Source: Prochlorococcus sp. AG-363-P01
GTDB taxonomy: Bacteria; Cyanobacteriota; Cyanobacteriia; PCC-6307; Cyanobiaceae
DNA length: 64,000 nt
Assembly (NCBI GenBank): GCA_003278225.1
Contig: QCGC01000003.1
Span: forward strand, 30,877-94,876
Reading direction: 5' to 3'
The notes below the pieces were generated by a model. That model was given only the letters and a program-made list of their open reading frames with translations. It had not been told where the DNA came from and made no database searches. The position numbers and the translations under genes were made by a program. This document shows, one piece after another, positions 26,859 through 37,687 of the stretch (positions are counted from its first letter, which is position 1; every line of letters starts with the position of its first letter).

Positions 26859-27647
26859 TTAATTACGTAGTAATTCGACCCTCCATCTATTTTTCTTGGT
26901 CAACTCAAGATTAATGATTTCTAAAGTTCCCTTTTCTTCGGAATGGATGCGATCTCCAATGACTAGTTGTTTATTGGTTTGCTTTATGGGGCTCCAATTA
27001 AGTCTTAAGCGGCCATTTTTGATTTGATTTACAACCTTGGCTCTGGACAGTCCAAAGCCTGCTGATGCAATGGCATCTAGACGAGTGGAAGCTTCAACTG
27101 TTCTAATCCGTTTTGGTAAGCGTTGAGTAGGGAGCTGTAGCTGTTTTATTTGAGTACTTTCAATCAGAATGGGAATGTCCCTGATTTTTCCTGCTTTCCC
27201 ATGAATGAAAGCCGCTGTTTCTGACGTGCATAGGGCTTGCGCACCTCTGTTCCCTCTAATCCATAAATCTCCTAGCCCTCCAGTTGGAATGCCAATCATT
27301 TTTAATGAATCCCGAAAGTCTTCGGTTGAAGCTTGATCAAATAGAAAGTTCCCTTCAATTTGGAGCCCTTGAATAGGGGCAGGATCATTGATTTCGGGGA
27401 TTTCGTCCTGGATCCGAATGCATCTTATTCTTTGTCGCTCTGCTCCAGGGTGCCCTCCATCTGAATACCAATAAAGATGATTTAGTGATGTCAAGGTCTT
27501 CATTGCTTCTTCTCTCAAAGGAGCGTTAACAAAATCACTCCATTTCGGTTGCCACGTTCTTAGTACAGTTTCTGCTTGTTGTATAAGCTTTTCCATGCCT
27601 TGTGGATTACTGCAATTCCTAAGCAATTCCTTACGCGGGAGATTCAC
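26859..27647 (-). CDS. Photosystem II S4-domain protein (YlmH/Sll1252 family)
   Basis: GGHPGAERQR, GNFLFD, ASTRLDAIASAGFGLSR. Confidence 0.9.
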   Translation of the reverse strand: MNLPRKELLRNCSNPQGMEKLIQQAETVLRTWQPKWSDFVNAPLREEAMKTLTSLNHLYWYSDGGHPGAERQRIRCIRIQDEIPEINDPAPIQGLQIEGNFLFDQASTEDFRDSLKMIGIPTGGLGDLWIRGNRGAQALCTSETAAFIHGKAGKIRDIPILIESTQIKQLQLPTQRLPKRIRTVEASTRLDAIASAGFGLSRAKVVNQIKNGRLRLNWSPIKQTNKQLVIGDRIHSEEKGTLEIINLELTKKNRWRVELLRN

Positions 27648-28228
27648 TGATCAAGCAACCTCACAACTTGTAGGGGCTCTACCTCCTGAAGGAATTGCCA
27701 AGGCAATTCAGTCTCAAAAGGAGTTTCCAGTAGTAATAGCCATAAACCCTCTTCACTAAGTTTTCTCAACGTGTTTATGTCATCATCGTTTTTAGAATTG
27801 ACACTCCAAGCTGCGACATAGCTTCCCATCCAACCAGATGCCATTCCTACAAGGGCTCCACTCAGAGGCTCGCCTAAGGCACCAATTCCTAAATCCGAAA
27901 AAGTTGTCAACCCAGTCATGAGACTAAAGCTTAGGCCTGCTAGGAATCCAAATGGGAGTAGAAAAAAGGCAATTCTTTTCTGACGTAATTGTTTCGATAA
28001 TTTTGGGTTAAGCAGTTCAACTGTGTTTATATCCAAGGGCTGGAGGCGTTTCAGAGATTCTTCTGGGTCTAAAAAGACCTCATTTGAGGACTTGTTATCT
28101 AATGACTGTCCCTCAAAGATCGGCCTTATTAGGTCGCATCTGATTAGTGGGGTGGAGGCCTTGTTTAACCTCTCTTGGATTTGATTGGCCTTTCGGCTTT
28201 CGGAAAGAACAACTATGCAAATTGCCAC
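27644..28228 (-). CDS. Hypothetical membrane protein
   Basis: LLNPKLS..R, LPFGFLAG; two TM segments. Confidence 0.8.
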   Translation of the reverse strand: MAICIVVLSESRKANQIQERLNKASTPLIRCDLIRPIFEGQSLDNKSSNEVFLDPEESLKRLQPLDINTVELLNPKLSKQLRQKRIAFFLLPFGFLAGLSFSLMTGLTTFSDLGIGALGEPLSGALVGMASGWMGSYVAAWSVNSKNDDDINTLRKLSEEGLWLLLLETPFETELPWQFLQEVEPLQVVRLLDQ

Positions 28229-28330
28229 TCATTTATTCCTCAATTGTTTGGATTCTGTATCCTGAGCAAACTAAAGCGGATGAAAAACACATAGCTCACT
28301 AAAGTTCATTACGGCAATGTTCCGCCTTTA

Positions 28331-29917
28331 ATGACGAAAGTTCTTGTTTCTGATCCTATTGATCAGGCAGGTATCGAAATCCTTAGCCAGGTTGCTGAAG
28401 TTGATCAGCGAATTGGTCTTAAAGTCGATGCTCTCACCCAGATTATCGGTGAATATGACGGACTAATGATCCGTTCAGGGACTCAAGTTACTGCTGAGGT
28501 TGTTGAGGCAGCCTCAAAGCTTCGGATCATTGGTAGAGCAGGTGTTGGTGTTGACAATGTAGATGTTCCAGCGGCTACTCAAAGGGGGATATTAGTAGTG
28601 AATTCCCCAGGGGGAAATACTATTGCTGCAGCTGAACATTCTCTTGCGTTGCTTTTGGCAACCTCACGCCATGTAGCTCAAGCGCATGCAAGCACAATGA
28701 ATGGGGGGTGGGACCGTAAGAAATATGTGGGCAATGAGCTTTATAAGAAAGCTTTAGGTGTAGTTGGTCTTGGCAAGATTGGATCACATGTGGCGAAGGT
28801 AGCAATAGCTATGGGTATGGAAGTGATTGCTTTTGACCCTTTTATTTCAGCGGATCGAGCACAACAGATGCAGGTAAGAATGACAACTATTCAGGATCTT
28901 TTTGAGCATTCTGATTATGTAACTCTTCATTTACCAAGAACTCCTGATACTGAGAATCTGGTTGATTCCAAATTGTTGGAATCAATGAAACCTACCGCAA
29001 GAATTGTCAATTGTGCACGTGGAGGAATTATTGATGAATCTGCTCTTGCAGAAGCTATTAATTCGGGGGTGATTGCAGGCGCTGGCTTGGATGTATATGC
29101 GACTGAGCCCTTGCCAAAAGATTCACCATTATTATCTGTAGATGACAGATTAATTCTTACTCCACATTTGGGTGCATCTACTGCTGAAGCCCAGGAGAAC
29201 GTAGCAATAGATGTTGCCGAACAGATTCGTGATGTTCTCTTAGGCCTGCCTGCAAGAAGTGCTGTAAATATTCCAGGCCTTAGTGCCGAGTTGATGGAAA
29301 GATTGAAGCCGCATTTACAGTTAAGTGAAACGTTGGGGTTGCTTGCTAGTCAGCTTTCTGGTGGGCAAGTTAATAATTTAGAGGTTAGGTTGCAAGGTGA
29401 TTTTGCTCAATATCCCCCACAACCTATTGTTGTTGCGACTTTGAAAGGTTTGTTATCTAGTGCCTTGGGAGAAAGAATTAACTATGTGAATGCTTCATTA
29501 GAGGCTAAAGCAAGGGGTATTCATGTTTTGGAAGTAAAAGATGAAGCTAGCCGTGACTTCGCGGTGGGTTCTTTGCAAATCACTTCAAGTGGTGATAGTG
29601 GTGAGCATAGAGTTACTGGAACAGTATTCCCAGATGGAGGTCTAAGAATTACTGGTATTGATGAATTCCCTGTGAATGTTTCTCCTAGTCAGCACATGTT
29701 ATTTACTAGGCATAGAGATATGCCAGGAATTATTGGGCAATTAGGCTCCCTACTAGGTGTTCACAATGTCAATATTGCCTCAATGCAAGTTGGCCGAAAA
29801 ATAGTTAGAGGTGATGCAGTAATGGTGCTAAGTATTGATGATCCAATACCTACAGAGTTGTTGAACGCTATTAACTTAATTGAAGGAATTCAAGAAGCTT
29901 ATCCAGTCACATTGTGA
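28331..29917 (+). CDS. serA: D-3-phosphoglycerate dehydrogenase
   Basis: GRAGVGVDN, GLGKIG, NCARGG, TPHLGAST, ACT domain. Confidence 0.97.
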   Translation: MTKVLVSDPIDQAGIEILSQVAEVDQRIGLKVDALTQIIGEYDGLMIRSGTQVTAEVVEAASKLRIIGRAGVGVDNVDVPAATQRGILVVNSPGGNTIAAAEHSLALLLATSRHVAQAHASTMNGGWDRKKYVGNELYKKALGVVGLGKIGSHVAKVAIAMGMEVIAFDPFISADRAQQMQVRMTTIQDLFEHSDYVTLHLPRTPDTENLVDSKLLESMKPTARIVNCARGGIIDESALAEAINSGVIAGAGLDVYATEPLPKDSPLLSVDDRLILTPHLGASTAEAQENVAIDVAEQIRDVLLGLPARSAVNIPGLSAELMERLKPHLQLSETLGLLASQLSGGQVNNLEVRLQGDFAQYPPQPIVVATLKGLLSSALGERINYVNASLEAKARGIHVLEVKDEASRDFAVGSLQITSSGDSGEHRVTGTVFPDGGLRITGIDEFPVNVSPSQHMLFTRHRDMPGIIGQLGSLLGVHNVNIASMQVGRKIVRGDAVMVLSIDDPIPTELLNAINLIEGIQEAYPVTL

Positions 29918-29939
29918 TTTTTTCCATCAGTTGTGATTT

Positions 29940-30872
29940 ATGGGTCTGAGTTTGCCTAAGTCAAGATTTTGGTGGCGGTTGTTATTTACATCATCACCGG
30001 ATATTGAGGAGTCTATTTTTTGGAAGCTTGAAAGTATTGGAATTAATAATGTTGCAGTGCAATTTTCTCCTGAAGACCCTCAGCAAAGGACTTTTTTGGT
30101 TTGGCTTCCTTCTTTTGAGTGGTCAAGATCAGATCGACAAAATTTAATTAACTCCCTTCAGCCATTAGCCGAATGTTTTGACGTCCAAATTTCAAAAGTT
30201 ACTTGGCAGAAGGTGGAAAATGAAGATTGGTCTAAGAGTTGGAAACGAGCTTGGCAGCCAGACCCTGTCGGAGAGAATTTGTTGATTTTGCCAGCTTGGT
30301 TAGATGTCCCAAAAGAGCATTCTCAAAGGTTGATTTTGCGTTTAGACCCTGGAAGCGCTTTTGGTACAGGTAGTCATCCAACAACACGTTTATGTTTAGA
30401 AGCTCTTGAGAAGAATCCACCTCTTAAGTTGAAAGTTGTTGATATTGGGTCTGGTAGTGGAGTGTTGAGTTTGGCTGCTCTTAGATTAGGGGCGAGAGAT
30501 GTTATAGGCATTGATATTGATTCATTGGCTGTGAGGTCCAGTTTTGAAAATTTAAAATTGAATCAAATAGATTCCACAAGGTTTAATTTTTATCTTGGTT
30601 CTGCAGAAGTGCTTATAGAGCAGCTCGAAGGAAAGTTGGCAGATCTTGTTTTATGTAACACGCTCGCTCCTGTGCTTGAAGAATTGGCTCCTAATTTTGA
30701 CGATTTGCTTCTCCCTAATGGTCGAGCTCTCCTCAGCGGCCTATTGGTTGATCAGGTGCCAAAGCTAACAAAACTTTTTGAGGATTTAGGTTGGAATATC
30801 AGCGCTTGCATGAAAAAAAATAATTGGGCGTTACTGGAAATTAAACGGCACGAGAGCAGGGAAAACCCATAA
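29940..30872 (+). CDS. prmA: Ribosomal protein L11 methyltransferase
   Basis: LDPGSAFGTGSHPTT, DIGSGSG. Confidence 0.96.
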   Translation: MGLSLPKSRFWWRLLFTSSPDIEESIFWKLESIGINNVAVQFSPEDPQQRTFLVWLPSFEWSRSDRQNLINSLQPLAECFDVQISKVTWQKVENEDWSKSWKRAWQPDPVGENLLILPAWLDVPKEHSQRLILRLDPGSAFGTGSHPTTRLCLEALEKNPPLKLKVVDIGSGSGVLSLAALRLGARDVIGIDIDSLAVRSSFENLKLNQIDSTRFNFYLGSAEVLIEQLEGKLADLVLCNTLAPVLEELAPNFDDLLLPNGRALLSGLLVDQVPKLTKLFEDLGWNISACMKKNNWALLEIKRHESRENP

Positions 30873-31016
30873 GGCAAGATTATGAGTTCTGCCATTTTTT
30901 ATTTGACTGATTTATATGTAATCATGATTGTGGTGAAATCACTTCATTGTCTATCATTTACATCGATAATGAAGTGATATTTTTTACTTCAGGTCTTCTA
31001 GTCCCTTTCTTTCCCT

Positions 31017-31316
31017 ATGGCTTCTTACAAGGTTACCCTCGTTAATCAAAGCGAAGGTATTAATACCACCATTGAAGTCCCAGATGATCAGTACATCCTT
31101 GATGCTGCAGAAGAGCAGGGGATAGATCTTCCCTACTCTTGTAGAGCTGGGGCTTGTTCAACTTGTGCAGGCAAGCTTACTTCTGGCTCTGTTGATCAAT
31201 CAGATCAAAGCTTTTTGGATGATGACCAGTTAGAAGCTGGTTTCCTTCTGACATGTGTGGCTTATCCAACCTCTGATTGCACAATTACAACTCATGCAGA
31301 GGAAGAGCTTTACTAA
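31017..31316 (+). CDS. petF: Plant-type [2Fe-2S] ferredoxin
   Basis: [20 protein letters not shown]. Confidence 0.97.
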   Translation: MASYKVTLVNQSEGINTTIEVPDDQYILDAAEEQGIDLPYSCRAGACSTCAGKLTSGSVDQSDQSFLDDDQLEAGFLLTCVAYPTSDCTITTHAEEELY

Positions 31317-31380
31317 ATAGCTTTTAGATGCAAAAGCATCTCAGAATTGCTATTTAGAGCTTGCAAAAAAGAGCTTGATC

Positions 31381-31405
31381 AGCCACCCTCATGGGGTGGC
31401 TTTTT
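31381..31405 (+). terminator. Intrinsic terminator after petF
   Basis: agccaccc-tcatg-gggtggct plus T tract. Confidence 0.8.
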
Positions 31406-31433
31406 CATGATGGTTTAGAAACTATCTTTTGCT

Positions 31434-31829
31434 TTGGTGAGTTCTGTGGGTAGAAGAAGCACTCAGGTCGATGCTCTCATGGGGTATGGAACTATTTGTC
31501 CTAGTGAAGGGGGGCAATTTAGTTTCCGAGTGATTGGTCCTTGTTGCAGATTGTTTGACCGGGAGGAGCTTCCCTGGCCTTGTTCACGTCTTGCTTGGCG
31601 AAGTAAGGAGCCTAGTTGGAGAAGAATTGGTTCTCGTTTTGTGGCTGATATTGCTTCTAGGCGCTGCCCTTCATATTCAGTTGAAATACTTCAGCCTGGA
31701 TCCAAACCGAGTAAAACAGTTTTGACATTGTTTTCGCGTCGACTGACTTCTGATATGCAGGAGTGGTGGTATAGCAGGCATCAACGTTCTAAGCAAGATA
31801 CAAATTATTTGCCTAAACCTGTGAAATAG
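31434..31829 (+). CDS. Hypothetical protein
   Basis: FRVIGPCCRLFDREELPWPCSRLAWRSKEPSW; start uncertain. Confidence 0.75.
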   Translation: MVSSVGRRSTQVDALMGYGTICPSEGGQFSFRVIGPCCRLFDREELPWPCSRLAWRSKEPSWRRIGSRFVADIASRRCPSYSVEILQPGSKPSKTVLTLFSRRLTSDMQEWWYSRHQRSKQDTNYLPKPVK

Positions 31830-31877
31830 AAAGCCCCTGCAGTAAATCACTGCAAGGGCTTTCTATTTCACAGGTTT
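31815..31877. repeat. 29-bp inverted repeat (1 mismatch) between convergent genes
   Basis: aaacctgtgaaatagaaagcccctgcagt-aaatc-actgcaagggctttctatttcacaggttt. Confidence 0.88.
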
Positions 31878-31925
31878 TTACTTAAAAGATAAAACCTTGT
31901 AGTCCAGCAATGGTATTTGGTTGTT

Positions 31926-32474
31926 TTAGGTCCCAGGGTTGAACTTGTTCTGGCCTTCAGAGGCAGGAACATAACCTGCACTTAGAGAACCACATTTTAG
32001 GCTTTCAGCAGTTTTGCCGGAAGCTATTTCGCAAAGAGCCCTTTGTTGGGATCTATCAAGCAGAGCATCAGTGAAATCGGCACCGTCGATATTTGCTCCA
32101 GGGAACTTGCTTTTTAGTAGATCGGCACCACTAAGATCGGTATTAGAAAGGTTTGCATTGTCAAAGCGCGTTGCATAAGCAATAACGCCTTTGAAGTTTG
32201 CTCCACTTAGATCAGCATTTTGCAGACTTGAAACGCTGAAGAAAGATCCCGAAAGGTCGGCGCCGCTTAAATCTGCGCCAGAAAGGTCATATTTGACATA
32301 CTCGGTGTTCTGCAGGTTTTGACCATGCAGGTCACGAGCGACACTCGAATCAGATGTATCTGTTGGATAAAGAGCGTCTACTGACATCGGGCTGATGCTG
32401 AGACCAATTAGGACTGGCACTAGGATCAGCAGTCTTGTAAGGGACCGTTTTAGAGAAGAAATAAGAGAGGTCAT
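31926..32474 (-). CDS. Secreted/lumenal pentapeptide-repeat protein
   Basis: Signal peptide; ADLSG/ANLSN repeats; LC..ASGKT.ESL.C; ATG at 32474. Confidence 0.9.
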   Translation of the reverse strand: MTSLISSLKRSLTRLLILVPVLIGLSISPMSVDALYPTDTSDSSVARDLHGQNLQNTEYVKYDLSGADLSGADLSGSFFSVSSLQNADLSGANFKGVIAYATRFDNANLSNTDLSGADLLKSKFPGANIDGADFTDALLDRSQQRALCEIASGKTAESLKCGSLSAGYVPASEGQNKFNPGT

Positions 32475-32549
32475 TGAGGACGCCAGATACTGACTGTAAA
32501 ACCGCACTCAAACATTCTTTCACGACGTGGGAGATCCTTAAACAAGGAA

Positions 32550-33506
32550 TCACGAACTGTTGCACCGAGGTTTTATATCTAATTGCAAAAAGTCTTTTGC
32601 TAAGAGGGTGTTTGGGAAAATTGTCTTTGCTTCATTAAGAAGATCATTAGGTGTTAAACGGTTTCCTGGGGCATATCGAGGACTTAAATGGGTCAATACA
32701 AGTTGACCTACGCATGCTTCCGCAGCTGTTTGAGCGGCCATTGTGCTGGTGGAATGTTTTCGTTGATAGGCCAAATTTGCATCTTCATGGGCATAGGTGG
32801 CTTCGTGGATGAGCAGATCAGCTCCTTGGGCAAGATTTATTGCTGCTTCTGAAAAAATCGTGTCTGTGCAATAAACAATGCTTACTCCAGGCCGACTTGG
32901 GCCACAGAAGTCTTTCCCGTAAATCACACTTCCATCTTGTAATTTAACTTTTTCGCCTCGTTGTAAAGCTGCATATACAGGCCCAGGTGGAATTTTTAGG
33001 GCCTGAGCACGTTCAAGATCAAAACGACCAGGCCTTGGTTTTTGTTCAACCCTGTATGCATATGCGGGGACTCTGTGGTTTAGGGGTGTACATCGAACGA
33101 CAAGATCTCCATCGTCAAATAAAACAATATTTTGTTCAGCATGTGTTTTTACCCGATGCACTTGGATTGGATACCCAATTCTGCTTGAGCTGCTTGCCAT
33201 GACTCCATTTAGATAAGTCTCTAAGGGGTCTGGTCCATATAGTTCAATGCCTGAACTGTTTCCTGCCAATCCAAGACTTGCCAAGAGACCTGGTAGCCCA
33301 AATACATGGTCACCATGCATATGACTAATAAACACTCTCCTCAACTGGGAAAGACGCAGCTGACTTTTTAAGAACTGGTGTTGTGTTCCTTCTCCACAAT
33401 CAAACAACCAAAACTCTGAACGCTGCGGAATACGCAGTGCCATAGCTGATACGTTACGGGCTCGTGTTGGAACGCCGGAACTTGTGCCTAGGAAGGTGAC
33501 CTGCAA
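32550..33506 (-). CDS. rnz: Ribonuclease Z
   Basis: [32 protein letters not shown]. Confidence 0.97.
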   Translation of the reverse strand: MQVTFLGTSSGVPTRARNVSAMALRIPQRSEFWLFDCGEGTQHQFLKSQLRLSQLRRVFISHMHGDHVFGLPGLLASLGLAGNSSGIELYGPDPLETYLNGVMASSSSRIGYPIQVHRVKTHAEQNIVLFDDGDLVVRCTPLNHRVPAYAYRVEQKPRPGRFDLERAQALKIPPGPVYAALQRGEKVKLQDGSVIYGKDFCGPSRPGVSIVYCTDTIFSEAAINLAQGADLLIHEATYAHEDANLAYQRKHSTSTMAAQTAAEACVGQLVLTHLSPRYAPGNRLTPNDLLNEAKTIFPNTLLAKDFLQLDIKPRCNSS

Positions 33507-33608
33507 GGTCTGTTGCTCTCAATGATCATCCTGTCACATCCCAATAACTTAGTAATTGGTGAAAGAGCAAATTTTTAGGCAAAATAGGAAACAATTCAGA
33601 TATTTAAT

Positions 33609-34994
33609 GTGTTTCGTTTGATACCTCAGAACCACTGGGGTGTTTTAGGAAGTTTTCTGATTGGGGCAGTTTTGTCATGTGGTGAGTTACATGCTGTTCA
33701 AGAGCCAGTTATGCGTGTGCTGGTCATGGAATCTAAACAATTGCGTTTCCGGGCTGATGGAGATAAACCGTTACTTGTAAAAGGAATTTCGGGAAATCAA
33801 CTAAGAGTTAGCACTTTAAAAATTCGTCAAAAAAATAATCAATTTCAAATTGGACTTAATGACAGATCGAACAGATGGTTCGGATTTCCTGTTAAGGCAA
33901 TGTTAAACATCAGCAGTAGAGATTCTCGTGGAATTTGGCTTGGGAAACGTCGATATCGCGGGGAACTTCGGGTTTATGTCAGAGATGGTCAATTAAAAGT
34001 AGTTAATCATTTAGGACTTGAAAAATATTTGGTCAGCGTTGTTGGAAGTGAGATGCCTAAGTCTTGGCCTATGGCTGCACTGAAAGCCCAGGCCATTGCA
34101 GCAAGAACATATGCTTTACAGCAGTTGGGTAAAAAATCTTTGTATGATATTAGTTCTACTGAAGCTAACCAGGTATATCTAGGAGTTGAGTCTGAAACGA
34201 AAAATATACGAAAAGCTGTATTGGCTACACGCTCTTTGGTTCTGACCCATAAAGGTAAGTTAATTGATGCAGTTTTTCATAGCAGTTCAGGAGGATTCAC
34301 AGAAGCGAGTGGAGCGGTATGGAAAAGGCAAATGCCATATTTAGTAAGTGTTCCTGATCATGATCAGCACAGCCCTACATATAAATGGGTCAAAGAATAT
34401 GATCCTACTCAGTTAGAAGCAGCTTTTTTTGAAACCGGAGGATTAAAGAGCATAAAGGTTCTTAGAGTTAGTGATACAGGAAGAATTCTTACGGTAAGAG
34501 TTGATGGACCACAAGGTCGTCTTGAGCTGACTGGCAAAGAATTACGGAGACGTTTGAAATTAAAAAGCACATTGGCAAGTTTCCATATGACGCCTTATCA
34601 AGACATGTCTAAAAGAGAAAATATGCGAAGGCCTTCTTCATTGTTCTCAGGGAGGTTATCTGTTTCAAAGAAAGATCAGTTGTCATTGAGAAAATGGTCT
34701 TTGAAGCAATTGTCTTTTGATTCCTCTCCTGAAAAAGATTTCCCGCTAATCGCTATTAACTCTTTGCCTAGAACAATTCCGAAACCTCCTCCTATTTTTG
34801 AATTGCCACCACACCTTCCTTTGCCTTCAATTTATAAGAAATATAATTTACTTGTAAAAGGTTCAGGTGCAGGCCATGGTGTTGGAATGAGCCAGTGGGG
34901 TGCTCATGGTTTAGCGGAGAAAGGAGCTGATTTTCGTCGAATACTTAATCATTACTATACAGGCGTAGTGATTAAGAGATATTCGGCGACATAA
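33609..34994 (+). CDS. SpoIID/LytB domain protein
   Basis: YRG, SEMP, ALKAQAIAARTYA, GHGVGMSQWGA. Confidence 0.92.
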   Translation: MFRLIPQNHWGVLGSFLIGAVLSCGELHAVQEPVMRVLVMESKQLRFRADGDKPLLVKGISGNQLRVSTLKIRQKNNQFQIGLNDRSNRWFGFPVKAMLNISSRDSRGIWLGKRRYRGELRVYVRDGQLKVVNHLGLEKYLVSVVGSEMPKSWPMAALKAQAIAARTYALQQLGKKSLYDISSTEANQVYLGVESETKNIRKAVLATRSLVLTHKGKLIDAVFHSSSGGFTEASGAVWKRQMPYLVSVPDHDQHSPTYKWVKEYDPTQLEAAFFETGGLKSIKVLRVSDTGRILTVRVDGPQGRLELTGKELRRRLKLKSTLASFHMTPYQDMSKRENMRRPSSLFSGRLSVSKKDQLSLRKWSLKQLSFDSSPEKDFPLIAINSLPRTIPKPPPIFELPPHLPLPSIYKKYNLLVKGSGAGHGVGMSQWGAHGLAEKGADFRRILNHYYTGVVIKRYSAT

Positions 34995-35130
34995 TTTTTC
35001 TAACTTGATCGAATTGTTTTTATTTCACTATGCCCTAACTGGACAAAGGCTTTTCAAAACTTGAATTATCCCTGGGACATTTATTATTTACTTAATCAGG
35101 AACTCTAGTCTTGGGTCTTGCTGTTCCTAC

Positions 35131-36066
35131 CTAACCTAAAGCATTAAAAACTACTTTGGGTTGGAGTTCCGATGACGCAAACAGGCTTCCTATTCCTACT
35201 ACTTCGCTCAAAGAATTGGTAACCACTATAAAGTTGTCATTCTGTTCATTAAGGGATAATTGGAGTTGGCTTGAATGCTCAACTTTATTCATTGAAATTA
35301 TCAACTTTCGCCCTGTTCTCCAATTAGTTAGCTCATGCTCAGTAGTTAATTGCAACCTAGGGAGATGATCTAGAGCGTGAAGTGGCGAGAGTAAGTTGTT
35401 TTTGAACACTAATAGCTCAGTGTTTGTTTTTGGCAGTTGTAAGGCTTGCTTTTCGTTGAATCCTAAGGCCTCAGTTCGTCGAAGCTTTGCCAAACAGCCT
35501 CCGCACCCTAGGCTGTTACCTAGATCTCTAGCTAGTGAGCGAATATATGTGCCAGAGGAGCAGTGGACATCTATATGCAGTTGTCCAATTTCATTGTCCC
35601 ATTTTAGGAGTCGAAGCTTATAGATTAAAATAGTTCTTTCAGGCAGATTAAATAACTCTCCTTTTCGAGCTCTTTTATAGGCGCGCTCACCATTGACATG
35701 AACACTAGAAATTTCTGGAGGACATTGTTTGATTGCCCCGCGAAACTGTTCTAGATGTTTTTCAAGCGAAATGATGTCTATTTCTGGCCAGGACTGCGTG
35801 GAAATAATTTCTCCATGAATATCATCTGAGGTAGTGCGTTTCCCTAATTGAATAATTCCTCTATAATGCTTATCACTTTGAAGGTAGGGCAACAACCTTG
35901 TAGCTTGGCCGAGGGCTAATGGCAATACTCCTGTAACGCTAGGATCAAGAGTTCCTCCATGGCCAACTCGCTTGATTCCAAAAATTTTTCTTACCTTGTT
36001 GACACAGTCATGTGAGGTTAATCCTGTAGGCTTGTCGATTATTAAGAAGCCGAAGGGGTAATCCAT
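35131..36066 (-). CDS. truB: tRNA pseudouridine(55) synthase
   Basis: GHGGTLDP, CSSGTYIRSLARDLG. Confidence 0.97.
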   Translation of the reverse strand: MDYPFGFLIIDKPTGLTSHDCVNKVRKIFGIKRVGHGGTLDPSVTGVLPLALGQATRLLPYLQSDKHYRGIIQLGKRTTSDDIHGEIISTQSWPEIDIISLEKHLEQFRGAIKQCPPEISSVHVNGERAYKRARKGELFNLPERTILIYKLRLLKWDNEIGQLHIDVHCSSGTYIRSLARDLGNSLGCGGCLAKLRRTEALGFNEKQALQLPKTNTELLVFKNNLLSPLHALDHLPRLQLTTEHELTNWRTGRKLIISMNKVEHSSQLQLSLNEQNDNFIVVTNSLSEVVGIGSLFASSELQPKVVFNALG

Positions 36067-36177
36067 AAGTGAATATTTCCTTTAAGCCCGAAGAAATTGA
36101 ATATAGTTTCTCTTCGGAAATAAATAGTGAATCTTTCGGGACTGATCCTCCCATTCCTTTTGTTTATCTATTGGATA

Positions 36178-36918
36178 ATGCAGTTCAATGATGTGGATGT
36201 TTCTGAGTTTCTTAGAACAGGTTTTCATCTTAAAGCTCATTTAGCGAGATATCTTCAATTAACAGCTGAGGAGGTTGAGAGTCGCTTAACTTCTGGAGCA
36301 GTTGATTTGGCGACATTTCATCCAGGTTCTTTTGACCCTAAGGATGCCACAGGGTTTTATGAGGAAAAGGTAGGAGCTAGACATCTTTTTGATTTAGCTT
36401 CGTGGCATTTGGGCAGCTCTGATTACATCGCAGATACTCTTCGTTTACAGCAGCAGTTTGCAAGAGGGCAGGTCCTTGATTTTGGAGGAGGCATTGGCAC
36501 CCATGCTCTTGCGTCAGCTGCTCTTCCAGATGTAGATCATGTTTGGTTTGTGGATTTGAATCCAATAAATAGGAATTTTGTCACCCAGCGAGCTGATGCA
36601 CTTGGCTTAGGCGATTCGATTTCTGTCTATAGAGATCTTGAAAGTACCGGACAAGTTGAATTTGACACTTTGATTTGTCTTGATGTACTTGAACATTTAG
36701 CGGACCCTTCTGCTCAGTTGACTTCTTTCCATAAACGTATGTCAGAGAAGGCAATTGCATTAATGAATTGGTATTTTTTCAAGGGGTATCAAGGTGAATA
36801 CCCATTCCACTTTGATGATCCAGATTTGGTAGAGAACTTTTTTAGAACGCTTCAAAGTAACTTTATCGAAGTTTTCCATCCATTCCTCATTACTACTAGG
36901 GCTTATAGACCTATATAA
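36178..36918 (+). CDS. Class I SAM-dependent methyltransferase
   Basis: VLDFGGGIG, CLDVLEHL; ATG at 36178 likely. Confidence 0.88.
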   Translation: MQFNDVDVSEFLRTGFHLKAHLARYLQLTAEEVESRLTSGAVDLATFHPGSFDPKDATGFYEEKVGARHLFDLASWHLGSSDYIADTLRLQQQFARGQVLDFGGGIGTHALASAALPDVDHVWFVDLNPINRNFVTQRADALGLGDSISVYRDLESTGQVEFDTLICLDVLEHLADPSAQLTSFHKRMSEKAIALMNWYFFKGYQGEYPFHFDDPDLVENFFRTLQSNFIEVFHPFLITTRAYRPI

Positions 36919-37004
36919 CAATTGTCTTGTCAGAATATTGCTTGCACAAACTAATAAAATATTTGCCTATACCTTGACTATTAATTTTGTATTAAATACT
37001 AGGA

Positions 37005-37271
37005 TTAACTTATCGCGGCAATATTAATTCTTTTTCTATTGCGAAGGCCACGTCGGATGCTTTCAAAGTTCACTACACCATCTTTAAGTGCAAAAAGGGT
37101 ATCATCCTTACCTCTGCCGACATTTAGGCCTGGCAAAACAGATGTTCCTCTCTGTCTGATCAGAATAGATCCAGCTGTGACGGCCTCTCCTCCATAGGCT
37201 TTTACTCCTAAACGTTTTGAATTTGAATCTCGACCATTTCGGGTAGAGCCTGTTCCTTTTTTATGTGCCAT
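37005..37271 (-). CDS. rpmA: 50S ribosomal protein L27
   Basis: [16 protein letters not shown]. Confidence 0.98.
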   Translation of the reverse strand: MAHKKGTGSTRNGRDSNSKRLGVKAYGGEAVTAGSILIRQRGTSVLPGLNVGRGKDDTLFALKDGVVNFESIRRGLRNRKRINIAAIS

Positions 37272-37312
37272 GTGAATACTTGCTTAGGTGAAGGTGAGGA
37301 TTGGGGAAGAAG

Positions 37313-37687
37313 TTAGCTAGTTGTTTTTGGGCTCAGTGAAATGGATTTAACCATTACCCTAGTCAGCTCTTGTCGATGACCATTTTTACTTCTGGTCTTT
37401 TTTTTAGGCCGCATTTTGTAAATAATTATCTTAGGGCCCCGTCGATGTTCCATGACTTTAAGCTCAACAGTTGCTCCTTTGATATAAGGCTTGCCAAGAA
37501 CTGTATCTTTGCCGTTTTTAACCAATAGAACATTTTCAATAGTTACTATCTCATCAACACTTGCTTGAATTCTGTTGAAATCATAGTAACGATCAGCTTG
37601 TATCCAAAACTGTTTTCCAGAGGTTTCGACTATGGCATATTGATCAGTTTTGGAGTCAACCTTTGAAGGGTTTTGATTCTTAGGCAT
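37313..37687 (-). CDS. rplU: 50S ribosomal protein L21
   Basis: YAIVETSGKQ, GKPY, GHRQ. Confidence 0.97.
   Translation of the reverse strand: MPKNQNPSKVDSKTDQYAIVETSGKQFWIQADRYYDFNRIQASVDEIVTIENVLLVKNGKDTVLGKPYIKGATVELKVMEHRRGPKIIIYKMRPKKKTRSKNGHRQELTRVMVKSISLSPKTTS

Noticed and set aside
34590-34840. Pro-rich insertion in SpoIID as an intein or mobile insert
   Set aside because: No intein splice motifs; looks like a low-complexity linker
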